Positions 50,393 to 60,039 of a stretch of DNA of 64,000 bases are shown in pieces (the first letter of the stretch is position 1; every line of letters starts with the position of its first letter). The position numbers and the translations under genes are program-made. Under the pieces are notes generated by a model. It saw only the letters and a program-made list of their open reading frames with translations, had not been told where the DNA came from and made no database searches. The DNA comes from Nitrospirota bacterium (lineage in GTDB: Bacteria > Nitrospirota > Nitrospiria > Nitrospirales > UBA8639). Where the stretch lies: positions 2,895 through 66,894 of the forward strand of contig JAQBUF010000006.1 of assembly GCA_027623995.1 (NCBI GenBank), given 5' to 3'.

Positions 50393-52171
50393 TCACAACC
50401 AGAGCAGCCAGATCATGGATATCGTAATAACGGCTACAATGATGTTAACGAAAAGACCCGCCTTCGCAAAGTCGGAAAATCGGTAACTACCGGCGGCCAA
50501 AATCATCATATTTGTCTGATACCCAATCGGTGTAAGAAAGCTAGCAGAAGCCGCAATGGCCACTGTGATAGCGAAGGCTTCAGGAGGTACACCCAGTACC
50601 TGCGAGGCAGCCAGTCCCACGCCTAACATGAGAGCGGCAGCGGCATTGTTTGTAATTAATTCCGTAAGAAGGCTCGTCGCAACATAGACAGCGGCCACCA
50701 CGCCGACGACCCCGAACATGGAGGCTTGGTCCGTCACAAGGTGTGCCACCGCCGCAGCCAATCCGGTGTTCTCAATGGCCTGGCCAAGGCCAAGCGCAGC
50801 GGCAATAATGACCAGAACTGGAATGTCTACCGCCTGGCGAGCATCTCGTCCACTCAAACAACCAGTTACAATCATGGCTAAAGCCCCAATGAAAGCCGTT
50901 GTCACAATATCGGCGACTCCTAAGGCCGCGAAGAAAATGACCCCAGCTAAAATGGCAATGGCGATCGGTGCTTTCCCAACCTGCAACTTGACTTTTTCTT
51001 GCCGTCTTGGTGCCACCAAGTAGAATTCTTCACGGTTTTGATTCCAGCGCCTATCGAAGCCCGTGCGGGCCTCGATAAGCAACAAATCACCGGCTTTGAT
51101 GGGAACGTGGCTTAGTGGTCCCTCAATAGTGGCCTCACGGCGATAGATCCCCAGCACGACCCCTTGATAATTCTCCCGGAAGCGAACTTCATGCAGGCTT
51201 TTGCCGACGAGATTCGACGAGGGAGAAACGACCGCCTCATAAAGAGGCAGCCTAACGTGTTCCGATGTCTCCAGGCTTTCCTTTACCCGCTCCAAGCCCT
51301 GCCTCTCCAGCATCCGTTCCAGAATAGAAACACTACCCAAAAAGGCAAGCACATCTCCTGCATGTACCGCTAACTCTGGGGATGATGGGATGATTTTCCC
51401 TCCCCGCTGCAGATGTACAAGATAGGCATCTTCTAGTGCACGAAGTCCCCCTTCCTCTACCCCGAGTCCGACCAGGGGCGAATTGGGAGTCACACGCAAC
51501 TCAAAAATGCACAGGCGAAGACCGTCCTCGAACCCTGGGCCGTGTTTTTTATGATCTGGAAGTAGTCGGTGTCCAATAACAGTAAAATAGAGGATCACAC
51601 CCAACGCAGCCGGAACCCCAACCCAGGCAAGATCGAATATTCCGAGGCTTTTGTAGCCTGACGCCACCATAAGCCCAGCGACAAGTAGATTCGTCGAAGT
51701 GCCGACCAGAGTCGTCATGCCTCCTACGATGGCCCCGTAGGAAAGTGGAATCATCAGCTTCGACGCGGACACTCCGGTGTTCTCACACCACAGACGTACG
51801 CGTGGAATGAGCATGGCTACAAGAGGGGTGTTGTTGAGAAAGGCCGACATGAACGCCGTGGTCAGCATGAGACGCGCCGTAGCCTCAGGCAAGTTTTTCG
51901 ATTGGGGGAAAATGAGTCGGTCGACGAACTGGAGTGCACCGCTATTCTGGACCCCAGCGGCCACAACAAACAGGGCGCCCACAGCCAGGGGAGCTTTGTT
52001 GGAGAGGCCGGCAAACGCTTCCTCAGGGGAAAGAATGCCGAAAAGAAGGAGCAGTCCCAGGCATCCTAAAAAAATCAAGTCAGGACGTGCGAAATCTGTT
52101 ATCAAAGCCACGAGCATCAGAATAATGATGCCAACTGTCGCCCAAGCATCCCAGCCTAATTCGAGAAACAT
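50393..52171 (-). CDS. SLC13-family (sulfate/dicarboxylate) transporter with TrkA-C domains
   Basis: 'SAFLNNTPLVAMLIP', 'GGMTTLVGTSTNL', two TrkA-C domains, 'ELITNNAAAA', 'TPIGYQTN'. Confidence 0.9.
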   Translation of the reverse strand: MFLELGWDAWATVGIIILMLVALITDFARPDLIFLGCLGLLLLFGILSPEEAFAGLSNKAPLAVGALFVVAAGVQNSGALQFVDRLIFPQSKNLPEATARLMLTTAFMSAFLNNTPLVAMLIPRVRLWCENTGVSASKLMIPLSYGAIVGGMTTLVGTSTNLLVAGLMVASGYKSLGIFDLAWVGVPAALGVILYFTVIGHRLLPDHKKHGPGFEDGLRLCIFELRVTPNSPLVGLGVEEGGLRALEDAYLVHLQRGGKIIPSSPELAVHAGDVLAFLGSVSILERMLERQGLERVKESLETSEHVRLPLYEAVVSPSSNLVGKSLHEVRFRENYQGVVLGIYRREATIEGPLSHVPIKAGDLLLIEARTGFDRRWNQNREEFYLVAPRRQEKVKLQVGKAPIAIAILAGVIFFAALGVADIVTTAFIGALAMIVTGCLSGRDARQAVDIPVLVIIAAALGLGQAIENTGLAAAVAHLVTDQASMFGVVGVVAAVYVATSLLTELITNNAAAALMLGVGLAASQVLGVPPEAFAITVAIAASASFLTPIGYQTNMMILAAGSYRFSDFAKAGLFVNIIVAVITISMIWLLWL

Positions 52172-52487
52172 GTTTTACCTATATCAAGCTTGATGCAGGA
52201 CTGTCTTTGTTCCAGTATATCAATGTCCATTGACCGCCATTATTGTGAGGCAAAACGGCAGAACCCTCTAGGAGGAAGACATGTTGACTTTCCTATAGGC
52301 CGTGCCCAACCCTTGCCCCATCTCCAGAATATCGAGAATTGAGACGCAAAACACATAAAATTGAAATATTCGGCATTGGCAGCCACAAACTTAAGAAAAT
52401 GAATGGGCGGAGTAAGGGTGCCATTCTTGCCCTCACCTTTACTCATGGCTTGGTTTGTCACCCAACCCTCACCCTACCTTTCCCATC

Positions 52488-52676
52488 TCCAACCTTCTGT
52501 ATGCGCGAAACCAAATTCTTTGGTTTAATGTGCAGTTATGCAGGCATAATATCGTCGCCATAGACTTCCCAGTTGACCTTCTCCAAGGCCCTTCGGATGT
52601 TCTCGCGCTCGACTTCGCGTATTTCATCTTCAGTCATGATTTGGGTCTGGCCTGGGCTCAGTGATTTCATTCTTTT
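52488..52676 (-). repeat. Sigma54-activator 3' end, copy 3 (most decayed)
   Basis: Translates [62 protein letters not shown]. Confidence 0.85.
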
Positions 52677-52863
52677 AGCTAATGAGGGCCAAGAGGAAAG
52701 TGTCATATCCTGCAAAAGCACATTTGCAAGGAGGGACCAACCACACCACCGGCACAGAAAAATGCGTTGGCCATGAGAATTTATTAAAAATTGGCCAGGA
52801 CTAGACTGGGTTGACTTGACGAGCAACAAGAGGCCAAGCCTCAGAACCGTTAGCGTTGGCCAA

Positions 52864-53232
52864 TCAACGGCTACGATGAACTTTTGCTGATTCCTCTTTC
52901 AAGACCTTCGCGATAAGCGGTTGCACGGGAGGAATATCTTCTTTGGCGGTTTTCCACAGCACCTGATAGTTTACCCCGAAGTATTCATGGATGAGTTTGT
53001 CCCGCATTCCAGCCATGAGTTTCCAGGGAACATTCGCATGTCGCTTCTTGACGGATGGTGGGATCTTCTTGGCCGCTTCGCCGATAATCTCGAAGGCTCT
53101 GACCACGGCATACATCGTCTTCTGATCTCGTGAAAATTGGCTCCACGTCATACCTGAAATAAATTGCGAGATGTTCTGTGAAGCTTCCAGGATATCGGCC
53201 AGGTAATCAAGAAATTCGCGTTTGCCTGTCAC
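52864..53232 (-). CDS. HepT-like RNase toxin (DUF86/HEPN)
   Basis: 'YLADILEA', 'AVVRAFEIIGEAAK', 'PWK.MAGMRDKLIHEYFGVN...LW'. Confidence 0.92.
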   Translation of the reverse strand: MTGKREFLDYLADILEASQNISQFISGMTWSQFSRDQKTMYAVVRAFEIIGEAAKKIPPSVKKRHANVPWKLMAGMRDKLIHEYFGVNYQVLWKTAKEDIPPVQPLIAKVLKEESAKVHRSR

Positions 53233-53549
53233 AAGCCCACAACCTCACTAAGAATTCTCTGGCCAATCAGAGGTTTGAGCGCCGACCTCATCACCAGGTC
53301 TACTTTGACGCCCAAGAGACTGGATAAATGGCTTTCCAGGTCAATGAACTTAAAGAGGCTTGGCTCCTCAGCAAAATCCACAAGCAAGTCGAGATCGCTG
53401 CCCCGCCGGGGATTTCCTTGGACATACGAGCCGAACACTCCGAGGTATCGGACATGAAACGTCTTTTTCAGCATGGGCATCTGGCCACGCAGGATATCAC
53501 GGTATCGCTGTAGTTTTTTCTGTGCTCCTGCCTCAGAAATCTTTGCCAT
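53229..53549 (-). CDS. MntA-like nucleotidyltransferase antitoxin
   Basis: 'LGVFGSYVQG......SDLDLLVDF', 'LE..L..LLG.KVDLV'; overlaps the DUF86 start. Confidence 0.92.
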   Translation of the reverse strand: MAKISEAGAQKKLQRYRDILRGQMPMLKKTFHVRYLGVFGSYVQGNPRRGSDLDLLVDFAEEPSLFKFIDLESHLSSLLGVKVDLVMRSALKPLIGQRILSEVVGL

Positions 53550-53753
53550 AGCCCAACACTCCTCGAGAGACTGCTTCACTTCAAACCGTACCCACAAAGA
53601 CTACGTTCCATGCCCGATTCTGTCAATATTTTGCATCAGCTAGGGACAACTCAGTTGACCAGTACCATGAAAAAAATGGGGACAGGCAAAAAGGAATGAT
53701 GAGGTTGGGCCTTCCACTACCATAATTTTCATTTATCTTGATTCATTGAATTT

Positions 53754-53960
53754 TCACGCAGGCTTCTCCAACCCCATCTTCTGCATGCGAGAGACCAAGG
53801 TCGTTGGTTTGACACGGAGTAACGCTGCAGCGCCGTCGTCGCCGTAGACTTTCCAGTTGACCTTCTCTAGGGCTCTTCGGATGTTTTCGCGTTCGACGTC
53901 GCGCATTTCGTCTTCGGTCATGATTTCTGTCTGAGCGGGGTTCAGTGATTTTTTCTTTTT
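53754..53960 (-). repeat. Sigma54-activator 3' end, copy 2
   Basis: Open frame [68 protein letters not shown], mostly synonymously diverged from 55018-55224. Confidence 0.92.
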
Positions 53961-53998
53961 AACTAAGAAAAGGACTCGCAGCCACAAATATTATCTGA

Positions 53999-54259
53999 TT
54001 ATGGAAGAGGTTCTATCTTTTCCAAGGGATCAAGACTCTTTGCTTTTTCCCAGTCTGAGAGAAGTTCCTTTTTATGGAGAGAAGCCCATTCAGTGACAAG
54101 ACCGAGGGCACGGGCCGGCAGGCGGCCTGAGAATACGGCGAGCGTATTCACATCGATCAGGGCTTCATGCTCTGCATACTCAGCATGAAAGTGCGGTGGG
54201 TTGTGATCATCGAAATACATTTTGATCACAATCCCGTAAAAGCGGCAGATTTCAGGCAT
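53999..54259 (-). CDS. DUF4160 family protein (TA-associated)
   Basis: 'MPEICRFYGIVIKMYFDDHNPPHFHAEY....ALI......G.LP.RAL.LV.EWA'. Confidence 0.92.
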   Translation of the reverse strand: MPEICRFYGIVIKMYFDDHNPPHFHAEYAEHEALIDVNTLAVFSGRLPARALGLVTEWASLHKKELLSDWEKAKSLDPLEKIEPLP

Positions 54260-54533
54260 TCACGCCTGTCTTCAAGGTAGGAAAAACATCCTCGGGTGAT
54301 TTTCCCGTCAATCGCAGGTAGACGGAATCCTGACACAAATCAAGATCTTCACCCCATATAAGTTCCCCATGGGATCCAATTCGGACCTCCTTGAAAAACT
54401 CCTCATTTTCCCAGGCTTTGAAGACCCCTCTTCCCGCGAGGTCGGAGAAGTCGACCTCGCCCGTTGTTCCATCATCATAGCGAAGCCATAGGCGAAAATT
54501 TTGAAGTGGTTTTATCTCTATGAGTTTTGGCAT
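54252..54533 (-). CDS. DUF2442 family protein (TA-associated)
   Basis: 'IKPL..FRLWLRYDDG..GEVDF..L...GVF..W....F..V.I...G.LIW....DLC.D..Y'. Confidence 0.9.
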   Translation of the reverse strand: MPKLIEIKPLQNFRLWLRYDDGTTGEVDFSDLAGRGVFKAWENEEFFKEVRIGSHGELIWGEDLDLCQDSVYLRLTGKSPEDVFPTLKTGVNA

Positions 54534-54780
54534 ATTTTGGCTCCAATCGTTGGATGATAGCACGCATGTACTATGGCTTCAATTCAGGCGTATAATTCCC
54601 GTTATTCTCCGCCAAAAAAAATGGTGCGGACTTATCCATTCCCCCTTCGCATCCTTAAACAATGATTGAGGCATTTTTGGGATCTTACCGAAACCATGGA
54701 TTTGTCCCTACGGCCATCCAATTCTGGATTCATGGAATTGCCTGTCCATGCCTCCCCCTCCTGCAAGTATTCTTTCTTGG

Positions 54781-54868
54781 TGTAGCTGCACGATCTTATC
54801 GTGCCTTCTTCCCATGCACCAAGGGCTCATGACGCCCGGAAGAGGCAGCATGAGATGCTGCAGCTACA
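54781..54868. repeat. GTAG-type REP doublet, second copy
   Basis: TGTAGCTGCACGAT-CTT-ATCGTGCC ... GGCAGCAT-GAG-ATGCTGCAGCTACA; homologous to 1822-1912. Confidence 0.75.
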
Positions 54869-55017
54869 CAAGAGTCGTTGGCAACGTGTTTACCTCGAAA
54901 GGAGAGGTGCAATCACCTATGAAGGCGAGTACAGAATTATTGGCAACTGATACTCTGCTACCAGAGCCATAAATTCTGTATGATCCCATCTTTTGGTTTT
55001 TAGCTCACCCTCAATTC

Positions 55018-56658
55018 TCACCCCGGCTTTTCCAATCCCATTTTTTGCATGCGCGACACCAACGTTGTTGGTTTCACCCGAAGTAAAGCTGCTGCGCCGT
55101 CGTCGCCGTAGACTTTCCAGCTCACCTTCTCCAGTGCTCTTCGGATGTTCTCGCGTTCGACCTCGCGCATTTCATCTTCGGTCATAATTTCTGCTTGGCC
55201 GGGGTTCAGCGATTTTTTTCTTTTCAATATCGATGGGCGATCTGTTTCAGACATTTTGGGTAATCCAAATTGCAGGTTGGTGCAGCGGGAGGTGATCACT
55301 GCACGCTCGATGACGTTTTGTAATTCACGGATGTTGCCGGGCCAGTCATATTTTTGCAGATCGATGACATGGGCTTGGGTGAGCCTTGGTGGATTGGAGC
55401 AATTCATTTTCTTGCCTGTGAGTTCCAAAAAGTTGGCGGCTAAGAGTGGAATGTCTTCTTTGCGCTCGCGTAATGGCGCGACCTCTAACGGGAACACGTT
55501 TAATCGGTAGTACAGGTCTTGGCGAAACCGTCCGGCTTCGACTTCTTTTTTGAGATCGCGATTCGTTGCGGCGACGATGCGCACATCGACTTGCCTGGTT
55601 CGTTCATCCCCTACCCGCTCGTATTGGTTCTCTTGCAGGACCCGTAAGAGTTTACTTTGGAGATCTAGCGGAATTTCTCCGACTTCATCGAGAAAGAGCG
55701 TTCCACCATCTGCGGCTTCAAACCTTCCGGCTCGATCTCTGAGCGCTCCGGTAAACGCGCCTTTGACATGCCCGAAGAATTCGCTTTCGTACAATTCGCG
55801 TGGAATCGACGCGCAGTTGACTTTGATGAGCGGTTTATTTTTTCGATTGCTACGTTTGTGAATTTCTCTGGCCACGAGTTCTTTGCCTGTGCCGGATTCC
55901 CCGAGAATCAACACATTCGCATCAGTGGGCGCGACCAATTCAATTTGTCGCAACACCGCATGCAGTGCGGGGCTTTGGCCAACGATATCTCCGAAGGCTT
56001 GCGCATCTAGGACCTCTTCACGCAAAAACGTGTTTTCTAATTTCAGTTGCTCTTGCAGGCGTTCAATTTCATCGAACGCTTTCGCATTAGTGATAGCCAC
56101 AGCCACATGATCGGCAATCATTCGTAACCACGTTGGGGCATCTTCGGTAATGGGCGCGCGGGTAAAGACGGCTAGCACGCCTAAGATCTCTCCTTGGTAC
56201 ATAATGGGTTGTCCATGGAATCCGTGGATGCCTTCTTGCTTGGCCCAATCCTGTCTTGCGATCCAAGTCTTGTCCTCTGTCATTTCAGGTATGATCACGG
56301 ATTCTCCGGTTCCACCAATACGGCCAACCTTATAAGAACCAATCGGAAACCGGCGAAAATGCCCATTCAATCCATTCCATTGTTCATCGGGATTGACCAC
56401 TGAATTGCCGGCACTGGCGACCAAGTGCAAACAGGCTGTTTGATCGGGACAGTCCTCACGCATTCGACAATTCCCACACACATCACCCGGTCGCTTTAAC
56501 CAAATGCGGACCAAGGCAACCTCATCACGCTGAGCCATCCGGTTCACGATCATTTTAAGTAATTCATCGAGCGAGCGTTGCTGGGCGATATCCAACACCA
56601 GACATTTAAACGCTGCGAATTCAGTCGGACAGATTTTCTCTGGTTCCATCTTTTCCAT
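55018..56658 (-). CDS. Sigma54-dependent activator (Cys-rich GAF, AAA+, Fis HTH; FhlA-like)
   Basis: '[11 protein letters not shown]', 'GAFTGA', 'LFLDEVGE', '[10 protein letters not shown]'; GAF domain with CX2CX5CX5C. Confidence 0.93.
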   Translation of the reverse strand: MEKMEPEKICPTEFAAFKCLVLDIAQQRSLDELLKMIVNRMAQRDEVALVRIWLKRPGDVCGNCRMREDCPDQTACLHLVASAGNSVVNPDEQWNGLNGHFRRFPIGSYKVGRIGGTGESVIIPEMTEDKTWIARQDWAKQEGIHGFHGQPIMYQGEILGVLAVFTRAPITEDAPTWLRMIADHVAVAITNAKAFDEIERLQEQLKLENTFLREEVLDAQAFGDIVGQSPALHAVLRQIELVAPTDANVLILGESGTGKELVAREIHKRSNRKNKPLIKVNCASIPRELYESEFFGHVKGAFTGALRDRAGRFEAADGGTLFLDEVGEIPLDLQSKLLRVLQENQYERVGDERTRQVDVRIVAATNRDLKKEVEAGRFRQDLYYRLNVFPLEVAPLRERKEDIPLLAANFLELTGKKMNCSNPPRLTQAHVIDLQKYDWPGNIRELQNVIERAVITSRCTNLQFGLPKMSETDRPSILKRKKSLNPGQAEIMTEDEMREVERENIRRALEKVSWKVYGDDGAAALLRVKPTTLVSRMQKMGLEKPG

Positions 56659-56669
56659 ATTTTTGGGCC

Positions 56670-56687
56670 TCCACGAAGTTTCGTGGA
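56670..56687. promoter_or_regulatory. Putative enhancer/UAS palindrome
   Basis: TCCACGAA-GT-TTCGTGGA, ~100 bp upstream of the sigma54 promoter. Confidence 0.5.
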
Positions 56688-56789
56688 TTATAGCTTAGAT
56701 CTGACTCGCAACGGAAGTTCGTGTTTACGGCAATGCGTATTCATCAAACTTTACTACAATAAAACAATTAGTTATGAAATTTTCATGTT

Positions 56790-56805
56790 TGGCACGTGAA
56801 TTGGA
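56790..56805 (+). promoter_or_regulatory. Sigma54 -24/-12 promoter
   Basis: TGGCACG-TGAA-TTGGA versus consensus TGGCACG-N4-TTGC(A/T), with one mismatch at -12; upstream of the CMD operon. Confidence 0.6.
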
Positions 56806-56874
56806 ATAGAAGAGCTTTATAGACACGATTATGAAAAGCAATTCACACCAAATTTTTCAAAAAGGAAACACACC

Positions 56875-57420
56875 ATGACACGTTTACCAGCCATCGATCC
56901 TGAAACCGCGACGGGCCAAGCCAAACAATTATTGGACGGTGTGCAGAAGAAGCTCGGGTTCACCCCCAACATTTTGCGCACCATGGCCAACTCACCCGCC
57001 GTGCTTCAGGGCTACCTCAACTTTTCAACTGCGTTGAGCAAAGGTTCGCTGTCTCCAAAATTGAGAGAACAGATTGCCCTGGTCGTCGCACAAAATAACG
57101 AATGCGAATACTGCCTTGCGGCGCATGCGGCCATCGGTCGCACGGTAGGCTTAAGCGAGGAAGCGATTCGTGATAGCCGACGAGGGGAATCTCCGGATGC
57201 TAAAGAGGCCGCGGTGTTGGATTTTGCTAGCACTCTCGTTGTCAATCGTGGATGGGTCACGGATGCGGAAATTGCCAAGCTACGCAAAGCCGGCGTGACT
57301 GAAGGCGAGATTGCTGAGATTATCGCCAACGTCTCACTGACCTTATTTACCAATTACCTTAACCACGTTGCACAAACTGAAATCGATTTCCCAGCCGTCG
57401 AAGCATTAGCGGTGGCGTAA
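56875..57420 (+). CDS. AhpD/carboxymuconolactone decarboxylase-family peroxidase-like protein
   Basis: 'LREQIALVVA..NECEYCLAAH' (CxxC plus His). Confidence 0.9.
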   Translation: MTRLPAIDPETATGQAKQLLDGVQKKLGFTPNILRTMANSPAVLQGYLNFSTALSKGSLSPKLREQIALVVAQNNECEYCLAAHAAIGRTVGLSEEAIRDSRRGESPDAKEAAVLDFASTLVVNRGWVTDAEIAKLRKAGVTEGEIAEIIANVSLTLFTNYLNHVAQTEIDFPAVEALAVA

Positions 57421-57445
57421 CCACATTTAAAGGAGGACACCCAAA

Positions 57446-57811
57446 ATGAGCACTCAACTTTCAATCAATCTCGAAGACAGACTCGAAGATTTATTTTCTT
57501 ACATTCGTGAGGGTCGCATCCTCGATGCACTTAACGATTTTTATGTGGAAGATGCCGTGATGCAGGAAAACACCCAGCCGCCCACTGTGGGTCGCGCTGC
57601 CAATCTCGAACGTGAGCAACAATTCCTGAACACGGTCAAAGAATGGAACCGCTTTGATGTTATCGCCAAAGGCATCGGCGACAACGTGACTTTTTATGAA
57701 ACCGTGATGGATTGGGTGACCACGGATGGAACACCCGTTCATGTGGAACAGGTCGTTGTTGCCAAATGGCAAGACGGGAGGATTCTCCACGAGCGTTATT
57801 ATCATTCATAA
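57446..57811 (+). CDS. SnoaL/NTF2-like protein
   Basis: 'DAL..FY.EDAVMQEN......G...N..RE', 'QVVVAKWQDG.I.HERYY'. Confidence 0.8.
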   Translation: MSTQLSINLEDRLEDLFSYIREGRILDALNDFYVEDAVMQENTQPPTVGRAANLEREQQFLNTVKEWNRFDVIAKGIGDNVTFYETVMDWVTTDGTPVHVEQVVVAKWQDGRILHERYYHS

Positions 57812-57885
57812 GCTCTCCTGCCCATGAATGAAAAACAGAGACAAATCCAGAAATACCATTCTAAAAATTTAAAAGGAGAACAATC

Positions 57886-58986
57886 ATGACAACCGCAACC
57901 TTACAAGACACCACTCACAAGTCGTCTCAACAGACAGCACCAGCAAAAACCATGAAGGCCGCGGTGCTTCGTCAGTTCGGAGATCCAGAGGTATTAAAGT
58001 ATGAAGAAATCGACACGCCCAAACCCAAACCCGGCCATGTCCTTATCAAAGTACTGGCAGCAGGGCTCAATCGTCTCGACCATTACCTTCGCGAAGGATC
58101 GGTCATGCCCGATCTTCCGCTTCCGCATATCCTTGGTGTGGATGCGGTGGGTGAAGTTGTGGAGTTAGGTGAAGGCGTCACCGGCCTCAACATTGGGGAG
58201 CGCGTGATTCCGGCTGCGGGATTTACTCTACGCGAGGAAGATGATGGCAATCGGCCTTTAGCCAAATCCGCGAGTTTTGTGGTTCCGGGCGTACATCTTT
58301 GGGGATCTTATGCCCAGTATATGGAAGTCCCCGCCCGATGGGCCGTGAAGGATGAGACGGGTCGGTCTCCAGCAGAAGTCGCTACGCTACCTGTTGTCCT
58401 TGGCACCTCTGTACGAGCGATTAAGCAAGTGGGTGAGGTGAAAGCCGGTGATACCGTACTCGTCACCGCCGGGGCCTCAGGTTCAGGCAGCATGCACATT
58501 CAAGTGGCCAAAGCCTTGGGTGCCAGGGTTGCCGCAACGGTTCGGGATGATGTGAAAGGTGAATATGTGAAATCCCTTGGCGCGGATCTCGTCATTAACA
58601 CGCGAAAAGAAAATATGGTGGAACGCGTGAGGGCTTGGACAGGAGGTCTGGGTGTCGATGTGGCTATCGACAATGTGGGCGGCGAGGAGTTGGCCAAAAC
58701 CATTGATGCAGTCCGTCCATTCGGAATCGTCGTAGCCTACGGCTTTGCCGCCGGCGCGGAAGCGACCTTTAACGTACGTGATTTCTTTTTCACGCAAAAA
58801 CAACTTCGGGGCACTATCTTTGCTGATCCCGAAGATTTGCAATGGGGCCTTGAGCAGGTTCGACTTGGAACAATCAAACCGGCACTTGATCGAACCTTCC
58901 CGCTTAGTCAAGCCGCCGAAGCTCATAGATTTTTGGCGACGAATCAAGTGAAAGGCAATTTTGTGTTGCTGCCATGGGCAGAATAA
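57886..58986 (+). CDS. MDR-family quinone oxidoreductase / Zn-independent ADH-like
   Basis: 'FGDPEVL.YEE...P.P..GHVLIKV.AAGLN.LD', 'VLVTAGASGSG', 'QVKGNFVL'. Confidence 0.88.
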   Translation: MTTATLQDTTHKSSQQTAPAKTMKAAVLRQFGDPEVLKYEEIDTPKPKPGHVLIKVLAAGLNRLDHYLREGSVMPDLPLPHILGVDAVGEVVELGEGVTGLNIGERVIPAAGFTLREEDDGNRPLAKSASFVVPGVHLWGSYAQYMEVPARWAVKDETGRSPAEVATLPVVLGTSVRAIKQVGEVKAGDTVLVTAGASGSGSMHIQVAKALGARVAATVRDDVKGEYVKSLGADLVINTRKENMVERVRAWTGGLGVDVAIDNVGGEELAKTIDAVRPFGIVVAYGFAAGAEATFNVRDFFFTQKQLRGTIFADPEDLQWGLEQVRLGTIKPALDRTFPLSQAAEAHRFLATNQVKGNFVLLPWAE

Positions 58987-59073
58987 AGGAACAGAATCAT
59001 TTCCTGACTCTCTCCATTGAGAGGAGAGGGTTGGGCGAGGGACTAACTCCCCTAACCAAAAGGAGAATAAACA

Positions 59074-60039
59074 ATGAAACGCTTCAAACAGACATTCAAA
59101 TCAATTCTGACAATATTGGCCGTTGTGCCCTTTGGCCTGATTGGCACCTTAGTGGTAGGAGCCATGGCTTCGAACCCGACGGATAGCACGCCTGAGACCA
59201 AGGCCAAGATTTCGGCGCCAGTCAGTTATCCGACTCTTCATAAAACAATCGAGGTGGATGGACTGGATATCTTCTATCGGGAAGCGGGCCCAAAGGATGC
59301 CCCAACCATCTTGTTGCTTCATGGTTTCCCGACGTCATCACATATGTTCCGCGACTTGATTCCGCAGTTGTCGGATCGATTTCACTTAGTGGCACCCGAC
59401 TACCCAGGATACGGTAACAGTTCCATGCCTAAGGTTGATGAATTCGACTACAGCTTCGACAACCTTGCGAAGGTCATGGAACAGTTCATTCAGAAGGTTG
59501 GCTTAAAGACGTATAGCCTGTACCTGATGGATTATGGGGCACCAGTAGGGTTCCGTCTTGCCGTGAGCCATCCAGAACGAGTCCAGGCACTCATCATCCA
59601 GAATGGCAATGCCTACGTCGAAGGAATCGACAACAACTTCTGGGAGCCCATCAGGGAGTACTGGAAAGATCGCCAAGCCATCAATAAGGGTCTCGATAAC
59701 GCATTCTGGAAGAACGTCAAAGCGGCCTATACGCAACCAAATATGTCGAATGAAGACGCGCTCCGTTTCCTCGTCACCCTGGGTGCGACCCAATGGCAAT
59801 ACACCAACGGGGTTCGCAACAAGGAGATGATCAGCCCCGACAACTGGCACGTCACCCAAAGACTGTTGGATCGACCTGGAAATGAAGCGATTCAACTTCA
59901 GCTGTTCTATAGCTACGGTTCGAATCCTCCGCTGTACCCAAAGTGGCAAGCGTATTTACGGAAGCATCAACCGCCCACGCTCATCGTGTGGGGAAAGAAG
60001 GATGAGATTTTTCCAGCAGAAGGGGCACATCCATATAAA
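59074..60039 (+). pseudogene. Alpha/beta hydrolase (epoxide hydrolase/haloalkane dehalogenase-like), truncated by IS1380
   Basis: '[12 protein letters not shown]', 'APDYPGYG', 'MDYGAPVG', '[15 protein letters not shown]|'. The catalytic-His segment is missing after the IS junction. Confidence 0.88.
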
